DNA of 64,000 nucleotides, from assembly GCA_004431415.1 (NCBI GenBank), contig QPMI01000089.1, positions 186,001 to 250,000 of the forward strand. Direction: 5' to 3'. The DNA comes from Cyanophora paradoxa CCMP329. Its lineage: Eukaryota > Plantae > Glaucophyta. Position numbers and translations under genes: made by a program. Shown in pieces: positions 44,901 through 56,907 of the stretch; positions within the stretch are counted from its first letter, which is position 1; every line of letters starts with the position of its first letter. Below the pieces are notes generated by a model, which did no database searches, was not told the origin of the DNA, and worked only from the letters and a program-made list of their open reading frames with translations.

Positions 44901-47900
44901 GCGTCGGCGGGACGGGCAAGGCCGGCGCGCGGCGTACGAGTTCAAGGCGACGGGCCTGAAGGCGGGCGCGCACGCGTTCTCGGTGGCGGCGGTGGGCGAG
45001 GCGCCGGCGGACGCGGCGGCGCGGTGCCGGTGGCGCACAGCGCGCCGGTGCTGGCGACGATCTCGACGGGCCTGGCGGGGGCGCCGACGGCCTGGAGGCC
45101 AAGGCGGAGGCGCCGGGCAGCGGCGCCGTCGGGCTGACGTGGAAGGCCCCGCGGGCGGACACGGCGAAGGTGGAGGGTACGTCGTCTACGCGGACGGGAG
45201 AAGATCGGCGAGGCGCCGGCGGGCAAGAGCACGGAGGAGCCGATCAAGTACCGGGCGACGGGCCTGCAGGCGCCCCGGGCGTACGCGTTCACGGTGGCGG
45301 CGCGGACGAAGGCCGGCGAGGGCGAGCGGTCGGCGCCGGCGTCGCGCTGGTGGCGGCGGTGGCGCCGCGGGTGAACGCGCCCAGGGACGTTGCGGCGAGC
45401 GAGGCTGGGCCCGGGCGGCGACGGTGAGCTGGCGGGAGCCGGAGCCGCTGGAGGGCCCGTGGCGCGCTTCGACGTCTACTCGGAGGGCGCGGCGGCGCCG
45501 CTGGGAGCGTGCCGGCGTCGGCGGGACGGGCAAGGCCGGCGCGCGGGCGTACGAGTTCAAGGCGACGGGCCTGAAGGCGGGCGCGCACGCGTTCTCGGTG
45601 GCGGCGGTGGGCGAGGCGCCGGCGGACGCGGCGGCGGTGGTGCCGGTGGCGCACAGCGCGCCGGTGCTGGCGACGATCTCGACGGGCCTGGCGGGGGCGC
45701 CGACGGCCTGGAGGCCAAGGCGGAGGCGCCGGGCAGCGGCGCCGTCGGGCTTACGTGGAAGGCCCCGCGGGCGGACGCGGCGAAGGTGGAGGGGTACGTC
45801 GTCTACGCGGACGGGGAGAAGATCGGCGAGGCGCCGGCGGGCAAGAGCGCGGAGGAGCCGATCAAGTACCGGGCGACGGGCCTGCAGGCGCCGCGGGCGT
45901 ACGCGTTCACGGTGGCGGCGCGGACGAAGGCCGGCGAGGGCGAGCGGTCGGCTCCGGTGGCAGTGCTCATCGCTGCTCAGGCAGCGACAGTCGGAGCGCC
46001 CAAGGACGTGTCGACTGTTGAGGCGGGCCCTGGCGTCGTTCTCGTCATGTGGCGCGAGCCAGACCCTGCGGAAGGCACTGTCACCTTGTACGAAGTGTAC
46101 TCGGAGTCCTCATCGAATCCGTTCGGAACAATCGGGACGGTGCTTCCATCTGCAGTGTCCGGCAAGCCTGGTACCCGGCGATACGAGTACAAGGCGACAG
46201 GATTGAAGCCCGGCCCGCACTGCTTCGTGATCACAGCTGTTGGAGAGCAGCCTGTGGCGGGGACCGACGGACGCGGAGCCCGCACAGCAGCCGGCGCAGC
46301 ACCAGCGCCAACGGCTCACAGCAAGCCTATCATGACGCACGTTTCTACGGGCCTGGCTGGGGCGCCGACGGGCCTGGAGGCCAAGGCGGAGGCGCCGGGC
46401 AGCGGCGCCGTCGGGCTGACGTGGAAGGCCCCGCGGGCGGACGCGGCGAAGGTGGAGGGGTACGTCGTCTACGCGGACGGGGAGAAGATCGGCGAGGCGC
46501 CGGCGGGCAAGAGCGCGGAGGAGCCGATCAAGTACCGGGCGACGGGCCTGCAGGCGCCGCGGGCGTACGCGTTCACGGTGGCGGCGCGGACGAAGGCCGG
46601 CGAGGGCGAGCGGTCGGCGCCGGCGTCGGCGCTGGTGGCGGCGGTGGCGCCGCGGGTGAACGCGCCCAGGGACGTTGCGGCGAGCGAGGCTGGGCCCGGG
46701 CGGCGACGGTGAGCTGGCGGGAGCCGGAGCCGCTGGAGGTCCCGTGGCACGCTTCGACGTCTACTCGGAGGGCGCGGCGGCGCCGCTGGGGAGCGTGCCG
46801 GCGTCGGCGGGGACGGGCAAGGCCGGTGCGCGGGCGTACGAGTTCAAGGCGACGGGCCTGAAGGCGGGCGCGCACGCGTTCTCGGTGGCGGCGGTGGGCG
46901 AGGCGCCGGCGGACGCGGCGGCGCGGTGCCGGTGGCGCACAGCGCGCCGGTGCTGGCGACGATCTCGACGGGCCTGGCGGGGCGCCGACGGCCTGGAGGC
47001 CAAGGCGGAGGCGCCGGGCAGCGGCGCCGTCGGGCTTACGTGGAAGCCCCGCGGGCGACGCGGCGAAGGTGGAGGGTACGTCGTCTACGCGGACGGGGAG
47101 AAGATTGGCGAGGCGCCGGCGGGCAAGAGCGCGGAGGAGCCGATCAAGTACCGGGCGACGGGCCTGCAGGCGCCGCGGGCGTACGCGTTCACGGTGGCGG
47201 CGCGGACGAAGGCCGGCGAGGGCGAGCGGTCGGCGCCGGCGTCGGCGCTGGTGGCGGCGGTGGCGCCGCGGGTGAACGCGCCAGGGACGTCGCGGCGAGC
47301 GAGGCCGGGCCCGGGGCGGCGACGGTGAGCTGGCGGGAGCCGGAGCCGCTGGAGGGCCCGTGGCGCGCTTCGACGTCTACTCGGAGGGCGCGGCGGCGCC
47401 GCTGGGAGCGTGCCGGCGTCGGCGGGGACGGGCAAGGCCGGCGCGCGGGCGTACGAGTTCAAGGCGACGGGCCTGAAGGCGGGCGCGCACGCGTTCTCGG
47501 TGGCGGCGGTGGGCGAGGCGCCGGCGGACGCGGCGGCGGCGGTGCCGGTGGCGCACAGCGCGCCGGTGCTGGCGACGATCTCGACAGGCCTGGCGGGGGC
47601 GCCGACGGGCCTGGAGGCCAAGGCGGAGGCGCCGGGCAGCAGCGCCGTCGGGCTTACGTGGAAGGCCCCGCGGGCGGACGCGGCGAAGGTGGAGGGGTAC
47701 GTCGTCTACGCGGACGGGGAGAAGATTGGCGAGGCGCCGGCGGGCAAGAGCACGGAGGAGCCGATCAAGTACCGGGCGACGGGCCTGCAGGCGCCGCGGG
47801 CGTACGCGTTCACGGTGGCGGCGCGGACGAAGGCCGGCGAGGGCGAGCGGTCGGCGCCGGCGTCGGCGCTGGTGGCGGCGGTGGCGCCGCGGTGAACGCG

Positions 47901-50900
47901 CCCAGGGACGTCGCGGCGAGCGAGGCCGGGCCCGGGGCGGCGACGGTGAGCTGGCGGGAGCCGGAGCCGCTGGAGGGCCCGTGGCGCGCTTCGACGTCTA
48001 CTCGGAGGGCGCGGCGGCGCCGCTGGGAGCGTGCCGGCGTCGGCGGGACGGGCAAGGCCGGCGCGCGGCGTACGAGTTCAAGGCGACGGGCCTGAAGGCG
48101 GGCGCGCACGCGTTCTCGGTGGCGGCGGTGGGCGAGGCGCCGGCGGACGCGGCGGCGGCGGTGCCGGTGGCGCACAGCGCGCCGGTGCTGGCGACGATCT
48201 CGACAGGCCTGGCGGGGCGCCGACGGCCTGGAGGCCAAGGCGGAGGCGCCGGGCAGCAGCGCCGTCGGGCTTACGTGGAAGCCCCGCGGGCGGACGCGGC
48301 GAAGGTGGAGGGTACGTCGTCTACGCGGACGGGAGAAGATTGGCGAGGCGCCGGCGGGCAAGAGCACGGAGGAGCCGATCAAGTACCGGGCGACGGGCCT
48401 GCAGGCGCCGCGGGCGTACGCGTTCACGGTGGCGGCGCGGACGAAGGCCGGCGAGGGCGAGCGGTCGGCGCCGGCGTCGGCGCTGGTGGCGGCGTGGCGC
48501 CGCGGGTGAACGCGCCAGGGACGTGGCGGCGAGCGAGGCCGGGCCCGGGCGGCGACGGTGAGCTGGCGGGAGCCGGAGCCGCTGGAGGGCCCGTGGCGCG
48601 CTTCGACGTCTACTCGGAGGGCGCGGCGGCGCCGCTGGGAGCGTGCCGGCGTCGGCGGGACGGGCAAGGCCGGCGCGCGGGCGTACGAGTTCAAGGCGAC
48701 GGGCCTGAAGGCGGCGCGCACGCGTTCTCGGTGCGGCGGTGGGCGAGGCGCCGGCGGACGCGCGGCGGCGGTGCCGGTGGCGCACAGCGCGCCGGTGCTG
48801 GCGACGATCTCGACGGGCCTGGCGGGGCGCCGACGGCCTGGAGCCAAGGCGGAGGCGCCGGGCAGCGGCGCCGTCGGGCTGACGTGGAAGGCCCCGCGGG
48901 CGGACACGGCGAAGGTGGAGGGGTACGTCGTCTACGCGGACGGGAGAAGATCGGCGAGGCGCCGGCGGGCAAGAGCGCGGAGAGCCGATCAAGTACCGGG
49001 CGACGGGCCTGCAGGCGCCGCGGGCGTACGCGTTCACGGTGCGGCGCGGACGAAGGCCGGCGAGGGCGAGCGGTCGGCGCCGGCGTCGGCGCTGGTGGCG
49101 GCGGTGGCGCCGCGGGTGAACGCGCCAGGGACGTCGCGGCGAGCGAGGCCGGGCCCGGGGCGGCGACGTGAGCTGGCGGGAGCCGGAGCCGCTGGAGGGC
49201 CCGTGGCGCGCTTCGACGTCTACTCGGAGGGCGCGGCGGCGCCGCTGGGAGCGTGCCGGCGTCGGCGGGGACGGGCAAGGCCGGCGCGCGGCGTACGAGT
49301 TCAAGGCGACGGGCCTGAAGGCGGGCGCGCACGCGTTCTCGGTGGCGGCGGTGGGCGAGGCGCCGGCGGACGCGGCGGCGGCGGTGCCAGTGGCGCACAG
49401 CGCGCCGGTGCTGGCGACGATCTCGACGGGCCTGGCGGGGCGCCGACGGGCCTGGAGGCCAAGGCGGAGGCGCCGGGCAGCGGCGCCGTCGGGCTTACGT
49501 GGAAGGCCCCGCGGGCGGACGCGGCGAAGGTGGAGGGTACGTCGTCTACGCGGACGGGGAGAAGATCGGCGAGGCGCCGGCGGGCAAGAGCGCGGAGGAG
49601 CCGATCAAGTACCGGGCGACGGGCCTGCAGGCGCCGCGGGCGTACGCGTTCACGGTGGCGGCGCGGACGAAGGCCGGCGAGGGCGAGCGGTCGGCGCCGG
49701 CGTCGGCGCTGGTGGCGGCGGTGGCGCCGCGGGTGAACGCGCCCAGGACGTCACGGCGAGCGAGGCCGGGCCCGGGGCGGCGACGGTGAGCTGGCGGGAG
49801 CCGGAGCCGCTGGAGGGCCCGTGGCGCGCTTCGACGTCTACTCGGAGGGCGCGGCGGCGCCGCTGGGGAGCGTGCCGGCGTCGGCGGGGACGGGCAAGGC
49901 GGCGCGCGGGCGTACGAGTTCAAGGCGACGGGCCTGAAGGCGGGCGCGCACGCGTTCTCGGTGGCGGCGGTGGGCGAGGCGCCGGCGGACGCGTGGCGGT
50001 GGTGCCGGTGGCGCACAGCGCGCCGGTGCTGGCGACGATCTCGACGGGCCTGGCGGGGGCGCCGACGGGCCTGGAGGCCAAGGCGGAGGCGCCGGGCAGC
50101 GGCGCCGTCGGGCTTACGTGGAAGGCCCCGCGGGCGGACGCGGCGAAGGTGGAGGGGTACGTCGTCTACGCGGACGGGGAGAAGATCGGCGAGGCGCCGG
50201 CGGGCAAGAGCGCGGAGGAGCCGATCAAGTACCGGGCGACGGGCCTGCAGGCGCCGCGGGCGTACGCGTTCACGGTGGCGGCGCGGACGAAGGCCGGCGA
50301 GGGCGAGCGGTCGGCGCCGGCGTCGGCGCTGGTGGCGGCGGTGGCGCCGCGGGTGAACGCGCCCAGGGACGTGGCGGCGAGCGAGGCCGGGCCCGGGGCG
50401 GCGACGGTGAACTGGCGGGAGCCGGAGCCGCTGGAGGGCCCCGTGGCGCGCTTCGACGTCTACTCGGAGGGCGCGGCGGCGCCGCTGGGGAGCGTGCCGG
50501 CGTCGGCGGGGACGGGCAAGGCCGGCGCGCGGGCGTACGAGTTCAAGGCGACGGGCCTTGCGTTCGGCCCACACGCGTTCTCCGTCGCCTCCGTTGGTGT
50601 CCCAGCCGCTGGCTCGCCAGAGGGCGCGGCCCCCGTGGCGCACAGCGCGCCCGTGGCGCTCGCGCTTGTCAAGCCCCGCCCCCCGCCGTTCGAGCTGCGC
50701 GTCGCCTCGACGTGGGAGACTGGCGTGGAACTGGCGTGGACGCGCCCGCGGCACGTGCCGCAGGGCTCGATCGTCGGGTTCGACGTGATGCAGGACGGCC
50801 GCGCGGTCGGCACGGCGCCGCCCACACCCGATGTCGCCTACAAGGTTGACGGCCTCGCGCCGGGCTCGTCGTACCGCTTCGCGGTGCGCACGCAGCTGGC

Positions 50901-53900
50901 GGGCGGCGCGGAGGCCGGTGAGGACCTGTGCAGCAGCCCCGTCGTTGTCACCGTGCTGGTCCCGAAGCCGCCGGCGCCGCCGCCGCCGTCGCCGCCGCCG
51001 GCCCCGGCGCCGCTGCCAGCGACGGCCAGCGCCATGGAGCTCAACCTGATCGACGTCCGGGTGCGCAGCGAGCATCGAATTCCCGACATTTCCGCCCGTG
51101 GCCACGCCTCTCGCCCTGCCTCTGACCTGGGCCTTCCCCTCGCAGCCGCGGACGGCGAACGTGAAGTGGAAGCGGCCGCAGGGCCTCCCCGCCTCCATCG
51201 TCGTCGACGCCTACGAGGTGCGCCAGCAAATTTCCAGCGAATTTCATGGGTCGGAACCAGGGAAATCGCGTCCTTGTAAACGGAACCGGGGGCTCTCCAC
51301 GCGAATTTAGACGGAGTGCTTGATGCGCCTGTGAAGGAACTCGCACCCTTACAAGACAAAATCGGCCCGGGGACAAATTAGAGTCGTCCCCCCGAGATTC
51401 CAACGAGCACCGACGCGTTTGATTTTCGGCGCAGGTGTACGTGGACGGGAAGCACGTGGCGACGGTGAGCCCGCTCTCGATGAAGCCCGAGCCCGGCCCC
51501 GGGGACGACATCCCGCACTCGCTCCTCGGGCTCGAGCCCAACACGACGTACGCCGTCTCCGTCAACGGTGAGCGCCCGTCTTGGCGCGCGCTGCGCGCTC
51601 TCCGGGACGACTAGCTAGAGGGAACACCGCCCACTTCCGACTCCACTGCGTGGCTAGTGCTCTCCACTGCCTTTGGGATCCCCGACCTAGAGGCCATGGC
51701 CGAATTAGCTTGATTATGCTTAGCTTCACAGAGAGCTCCACATTTAGGTGGCGATGGGAATCTCTCCGACCTTGACGCTTCATCTTTCGCCTTTCGGATT
51801 CCGTTTTTCTGATCGTGGGCACCGGCTTCGTGCGTGCGCAGCGATGTTCGCGGGGAGCGTGGTGGGGAGCGTCCCGCCCATGCTCGTCTCGACGCCCCCG
51901 CTCGCCATCTCCTCCCGCTCCGTCCGATTCGCCCTCCGCATCGCCGACATCCGGGTGCGCGGTTCTAGTAATCTTCTGGAAGCCGCAGCTAGAAGCTTAT
52001 AATTAAGCGTGGGCTTGACGCCATAACCGACAAGCCGCTCGCCCCCACGTCTTCGTCCAACACTGTCCTCGCCCGACACTAACGCCCTCGCCCTATTCGT
52101 CCCGCCCGCCCGCCCACTTCTAACGACTCTCACCCCACGTCCTCGCCCGATTCTAACTAACACCCCCGCCCCCGCCCCCGTCCCCGCCATCGCCCCCGCC
52201 CTGGCCCCACCCGCCCGCCCGCCCACTTCTGACGGCCCCGCCCCCGGCAGTCGGACACAGCGATGCTGGAGTGGAACCGCCTCGACCTCCCGGACGTCTC
52301 CCACTACCAGGTTCGAAACCGGCATAGTTACATTTACAATCCAGTCCTTCGGCTGCTGTACAATATCTCCATTATGAGATTAGAAGTAAAGGATGGCCAC
52401 GGGCGCCGGCCACGCTTCTCGCCTCCAAACGAATCGCGCGCTGTTTTCAATCTAATTTCCACTGTGAAAATCGCGGCTAGTTCTAGACCTCCCGGACGTC
52501 TCCCACTACCAGGTGCCCCGCGCCGCGCCCCGGGCTGTTGAATTCGAAACCGGCAAATTTATATCACAATGCAATCTTTTAGCGGCTGTAAAACATCGAT
52601 TAGAAGTCACGGATCGCGAATCGCTGTTTCCAGCCTCCAGGATCGGAACGGCAATTGTACGAGTGCTTATAAATTACGCCCCGGGGCGCAGGTGTACCAG
52701 GATTACTTAGCCTGCGCCCCGATTACTTAGCGATAGCGAGAGAAATTTAACAAACGTGAGCTTAGAGCTCACGCCCCGGGGCGCATGCGCAGGTGTACCA
52801 GGACGGCGACATGATCGCCGACAACGTCGTACCCTTCGACGCGGGCACCGAGGTGCGCGTGCGCGCGCGCCCGGACGGATGGGTGGATGGATGGAGCGCT
52901 AAGAACCCGCGCCGCCGCTCGCGATCGCTCGCTAGAATTGAGGGTTAGGAATCCCTTCCGTGGGGTCCCTTCCGTTCTAGAATTGAAACCGCGGCGCTCG
53001 AGTCGTCGAGCCTAGGTGCGCGTGCGCACCCGGATGGATGGATGGATGGATGGATGGAAACAATTAGAGATCCCTATAGCCGTTTTCAACAAGATTAGAT
53101 TACTAAAATCCATTGATGATTATGGATGGATAGAGCGCTGAGAACTCGCGCCGCCGCTCGCGATCGCTCGCCCCCATTCGTTGATCATGGCTCGTGCCGG
53201 CGCCGGCAGGCCGTGTCGCCGCGCAGGATGCCGGTGTACCACCCTGTGGACGGGCTCGAGCCCAACACGACGTACGACTTCTCCGTCCAGGTCCGTCCTT
53301 GTACAACAAATATTATATCATTTATTGGATGCCGCTTCTCTTCGCGTATATATACATATAAGCACGCGCTTTTAACGGGGAAAGGGGGCCGCCCCGGCCC
53401 GCCGACGAGGGGGCCGCTTTAACAGCGGCTCCGTATACGCTGCTCCGAAGGTACAGCTTGCGCCACGGCTGCGATAATCAGAAGCATCGGGGGAAATTTA
53501 ACTGCGGACACTCGAGGCGTCGAGCCTAGGCAGTGCTACATTTGCTTCCTACCTTCCTTCCTAGGCAGTGCTACATTAGCTTCCTACCTTCCTTCCTAGC
53601 TTCACGCACTAGCTTCTCATCTAAGCAGTGCCCAACACGATGTTAGCCGCACGTGTACGCTGCTCCGTGGGTGCAGCTTGCGCTGTAGCCACGGCTGCGA
53701 TGGTCAGAAGCGGGCGCTCGAGTCGTCGAGCCTGCGCAGTGCTACCTTCGCTTCCTACCTAGTGCTACCTGATCATTAGATTTATTTTTAGCTACACTTA
53801 GTGCCTCGCCGCTCCAACCTTGACCTGACCTGCCGCACTGCGGCACGCGCGCGTGCCGCTTCTCCTCCGTGCAGGCGATCTTCAAGGGCGGCAAGCCGGG

Positions 53901-54053
53901 GCCCCTGACGAACACCGTCGAGGCGACGACCACCGAGGAGCACGAGCACGAGGTCCGCCCCTTTAACTTCGATTTCCCAGAGAGAATCTTCTTATATTGA
54001 TCGATCTGAACGCCTCGCAGAACATTCACGTCGGCATCATCGAGCACCTCTGA
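38903..54053 (+). CDS. Giant fibronectin type-III repeat protein (~37 FN3 domains), no signal peptide; array frameshifted in this sequence
   Basis: The 5' exons splice to MNRGYDLAYSGHGHRGCDCPCHRHH..., a Pro-rich region and a coiled coil. FN3 motifs follow (ATIAW, TVSWREP..FDVY..YEFKATGL, GLTWKAP..GYVVY..YRATGL..YAFTVAA). Three distinct C-terminal FN3 domains (GLAPGSSY, GLEPNTTY twice). Last exon NIHVGIIEHL* ends at 54053. Confidence 0.85.
40421..50670 (+). repeat. Exonic tandem array, 624-bp unit (208 aa, two FN3 domains), ~16.5 copies
   Basis: Unit starts (ccgcgggtgaacgcgcc) at about 40421, 41040, 41658, 42282, 42902, 43519, 44133, 44750, 45365, 45990 (divergent), 46653, 47266, 47886, 48499, 49110, 49727 and 50347. 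The frame-intact unit 41658-42281 is 624 bp. Confidence 0.95.
53032..53057 (+). repeat. (GGAT)n intronic microsatellite
   Basis: ggatggatggatggatggatggatgg; a shorter related tract lies at ~52873-52894. Confidence 0.8.
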
Positions 54054-56907
54054 GCGGGCTCGAGCTCGAGGCGGGCCCATTTCCTCTGTATTTAATTTCT
54101 TTAATTTGTAGGTATCCACAGTTGGTTTTGCACGCAACGACGTCGCGCGATGCGTTGATCTTTCCAGGGTAGCGAATTTGGCCATGGGTAGCTTCTCCGT
54201 TTCTGAAAGGTTTTGACGGGGTGTACTTAGGCTTTCGCCGTATGTGTATTTTATATTTTTGTAATTATAGCTAGATTGAATGTGAACTTGGATCAATATA
54301 TGATTGTCTAGATCTGATCATGACGCCGTGCGTGTGATCATGATCATGATATCGATGTTGATGCGGGCCCGGGGGTCATCCGTAGTTACCGACGAAGTAT
54401 CGATCTAAACTAATATGAATTATAAATAATTGAATCTCGGCTGTAAGAAAACTAGCTATAGGCTGCATTGATTTGAAAGCCAACTGACGGTTGAAGACTA
54501 GATTGCAAGGGGGGGTACCCCCTCCCTTGCTCCCCTGGTGAATTGGTGCGGCGTACTTTCTGTGTTAGCAATTTTTGTAAGATGCGATTCTTTGCATGCG
54601 CTCTCGTATAGGCGTGATCACATCGTAGCCGCTGCGAGCGGCGGAAAAAAATGCAAGGGCGGGGCTGCGCAAACATGTCGCGCTCGCGCCTCACCTGCTA
54701 TCGCTATATGCGCCAAACCACGTGCACCTGAATGCTCTCAATGCGCTCTACAAACTCTGTCATACATGCCTTGGCTCTAGAAGCGGCGCGTGGCTCGCTA
54801 GGCCGCCTCAAGTACCTGTTGTACCGGGCGCCGAAAAAATGCGCTCCTGCGAGTTTCAGGGATATCGTGTTGCAGTACCCGGCCAGATAGCCCCCCCCAA
54901 AGCCTTGAACCGGGTACGCGTCACCCGGCCTTCGCCCGGGTCCGCGGACGACAAACGTAGTCGCAAGCGAAGGTCAGCTTTGCTCGAGCTCCATCGCAGC
55001 CGCTCGGCTGCCATACTGGCGGCAAATGCACTCGCTGCGCATGCTGGAAGCACTTCGCTCGACCGGACACGTTGGCACGTGAGAGAGTGCAGAAAGAAGG
55101 CGCCCACTACGCAGCGTTCCGGTGCGCGCCCGGCTGCGTCGCGGCCTCGAGCTCGGCCTATAGCTACGCTCTCGGTTTCTGACGGACTCCGGTTCAAGCA
55201 GACTTCAGCTCGGCGTTGTCATTCTCTTCAAGCACAAGAACCTGCACAAGCACGTTCGTCAGTGCCGGAAGAAGGCGCCCGCGACGCCGCCTTCCGGTGC
55301 GCGCCGCTTGCAATTGGCCGAGGCCGCGCCGATGGTTCTGCAGCTGCAGCTGACTGCCGGCGCCTTTCGCCCGCCGACCGCAGATCCGAGCTTCAGCAGC
55401 AGCAACCTCTGACGCGTGGCCATGGGTCTGGCCTCGCCTCTAGCAGCAGCCTCTAGCAGCAGCAGCCTCGCCTGGCCTCCCTCGCCTGGCCTCTAGCAGC
55501 AGCCTCTCACGCGTGGGCACGTTGTCGGAGTGAACCTGCATCTGCCATATTGGTCTGCATCGGCCCGCGCGCGCCACGCTGCCCTCGCGCACCGATGCCG
55601 GCGCCATGCAGCCGGCGGCAGGCTCGAGAGACAAGTGACGGCGCGGCTCGACGGGCGGGGCGGGAGCGCGGCGGGCTGGGTGCGGCTCGCCGGTCAAGCA
55701 TGCGCATGCGCAGGCTATGAACAGGGCGCGGCGCCACCTGCCGCCGCTCCGCCCGCTTCCTCGCCCGCCGCCCCGCCGGCTGCTTCAACTTCGTCGACTC
55801 CAGGTTCGCCACGCCGCTGCTGCTGCGCACCTGACCCGGCCGACCCCGCTGGGCCCCGCCCCGCACAGTCGCTGTCCAGGGAGAGCTGACGTCGGCTCTG
55901 CGCATGCGCAGGCTAAGTGCATCCACTGCCTCTCCTCCCACTTTCACGCCCGCCGCCGCCCTCGCCTGTCCGCCGCCGCCGCTCGCCACCCCTGCTCGCC
56001 TCGCCACCCCACCCAGGCCCGTCCGCCCGCCCCGCCTCTCTGACCCGCACCCCCCCCCCCCCCCCCCCCCCCCCCCTTCCCCCTCCCCCGCCCCGGCGCC
56101 CGCCTCGCCCGGCCGCCCACCTCGCGTCTCTGCCCCCCCCCCCCCCTCTCAAGACCCCTGCAATGTGCACAAGTACCCCCCCTTGCACCTCCGCGCGCGG
56201 CCCGCACTTGCCGCACTTGCGCACGGCCGGGCGCGGTCTGCTAGTATAGTCTGGGGTATACGTAACGGCGTACGGGGACGCCACAAGTAGGGGAGCGGAA
56301 CTCAGATACTCACTTTTTTGTAGCTATAGGCAATGGCGTACAGCTGCAAAGCCGACAGCTGCAAAGCCGAGGCAATTGCAAACAGCTGCAAAGCGTCAAC
56401 TTGAGACAATCGCAAGTAAGCAACGGCTATATAGCTATGGCTACAGCTACGTATACGGCAGAAACTGAAACTTTGGCTACGGAAACGGCGGCTGGCCATG
56501 GGTCGACAAGCCTACTAGTGGCCGCTTGTGGATGTGCCACGGTGGGCGGCCACTTGCAATTGTGGGCGGCCGCTTAAGCTTGTTCGCAGTAAAATACGTA
56601 CTAGCGAAGTCCGGCGCCAGCATAAAACCCGGGCTTGCGCGAGCTAGCTATATATATAGACGTAAAGCTAGATACACGGCAAAAGGTCGGGTTACGGCCT
56701 GGCCATGGTGTGAACTTCGGAAGGCCCCGCACGGGGCGCACTGCGGCATGCTGGTCATGAAGCCCGACGGTCGAGCACAATCCCCTCCTTCGCCGCCGCC
56801 CCTCCTCCGTGCCCGCTCATCCTTCAGAACATAGAAAACATGAACAAGTGAGGCAAATAACACGTGCACTACGGTAAATATAAAGCGCCAAATCACCTTT
56901 TCGCTCG

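Noticed and set aside
40421-50100. FN3 gene as a pseudogene or programmed-frameshift locus
   Set aside because: The frame breaks are almost all single-base deletions, mostly in G/C runs, and are confined to near-identical copies. Unique flanks and the divergent unit are intact. This is typical of unpolished long-read consensus error.
40421-50670. CRISPR array or non-coding satellite
   Set aside because: There are no unique spacers, and the 624-bp unit encodes two FN3 domains.
54450-56500. Gene or transposon around ORF 54722-55456, with short repeats (cctctagcagcag; cagctgcaaagc)
   Set aside because: I found no recognisable domain, convincing splice model, terminal repeats or transposase motif. 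Left unresolved.
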